64,000 bases of DNA from Takakia lepidozioides (Eukaryota; Plantae; Bryophyta), in assembly GCA_030704615.1 (NCBI GenBank), contig CM060733.1, positions 36,642,001-36,706,000 of the forward strand, written 5' to 3'. Under the pieces are notes generated by a model that did no database searches, was not told the DNA's origin, and worked only from the letters and a program-made list of their open reading frames with translations. Shown here in pieces: positions 63,478 to 64,000 of this stretch (its first letter is position 1; every line of letters begins with the position of its first letter). The translations under genes were made by a program, and so were the position numbers.

Positions 63478-64000
63478 GGGCTTGGCTAGGAAGGCTCTCG
63501 CGTTGTTAGTGTCTCACACCCCGTCCTCTTTCTCAGTTCTTCCTGACTGTGGCCGGAGTGTTCAAGTCCTTCTGCATTGTTATTACTAGGAAGTCATGAT
63601 CAGCTGCAGGGAACTATTCCTGAGCTCCTCCCTCCGTCTCTCCCTCTCTTGTAGGAGAACATTCAAAGTAGGGCACGGCTAAGATGTAGAAAGAAGTTCA
63701 TGGGGTTTGATTCACAATGATGCCTCTTTCTGTCCTTTGTCATTCCTAAGACATTGTTTGAACGATTGAGCCACCAATTTCATGTTCATTAATCTAAACG
63801 GGCCATTAATTCGACTATTACGTTTTGCACAAGCCCAAAATATTCTACACAAGAATTATGTCTTTTAACTTGTTACCTAGTTATGTTTGTGCTTGAAGCC
63901 ACCTGCTTCACCTAGATTGTGCGTCATAACCTTAACCCTAAAAAAACGCCCACCACGCCCGTTTTGGGCTTTGGGTTTAGAAAATTCTGATTAACTTTTT

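Overview
Eukaryotic nuclear DNA from a land plant, probably a non-seed plant with heavy organellar RNA editing (inference from gene content). Left to right: the 5' half of a degenerate Ty3/gypsy LTR retrotransposon on the minus strand (LTR, PBS, extra ORF, gag, pol); two oppositely oriented short-motif arrays; a PIF/Harbinger transposase remnant; two PLS-E-DYW PPR editing-factor genes (minus strand) with an intronless F-box gene between them; a ~13-kb composite Mutator-like (MULE) region with two SWIM transposase remnants and an antisense Ulp1-like gene; an inverted F-box pseudogene; LINE remnants; a plant UBX (PUX8/9/13-like) gene that seems to lack its last exon; and a 6-exon PPIL1/CYP18-2-like cyclophilin. 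Main discovery: reading splice sites upstream of both PPR ORFs shows exons encoding the PDF ssDNA-binding motif of organellar OSB/PTAC9 proteins (WWDxRxxK|xPxxPxFKHKxTxxxLW...PxWV), spliced in frame to the PPR-DYW deaminase. A 3.2-kb non-autonomous CACTA element inserted in the MULE SWIM domain (38447-41623) has captured and shuffled PDF and PPR pieces of this same gene family. Gene models come from manual reading of the sequence with no database searches, so novelty is unverified.
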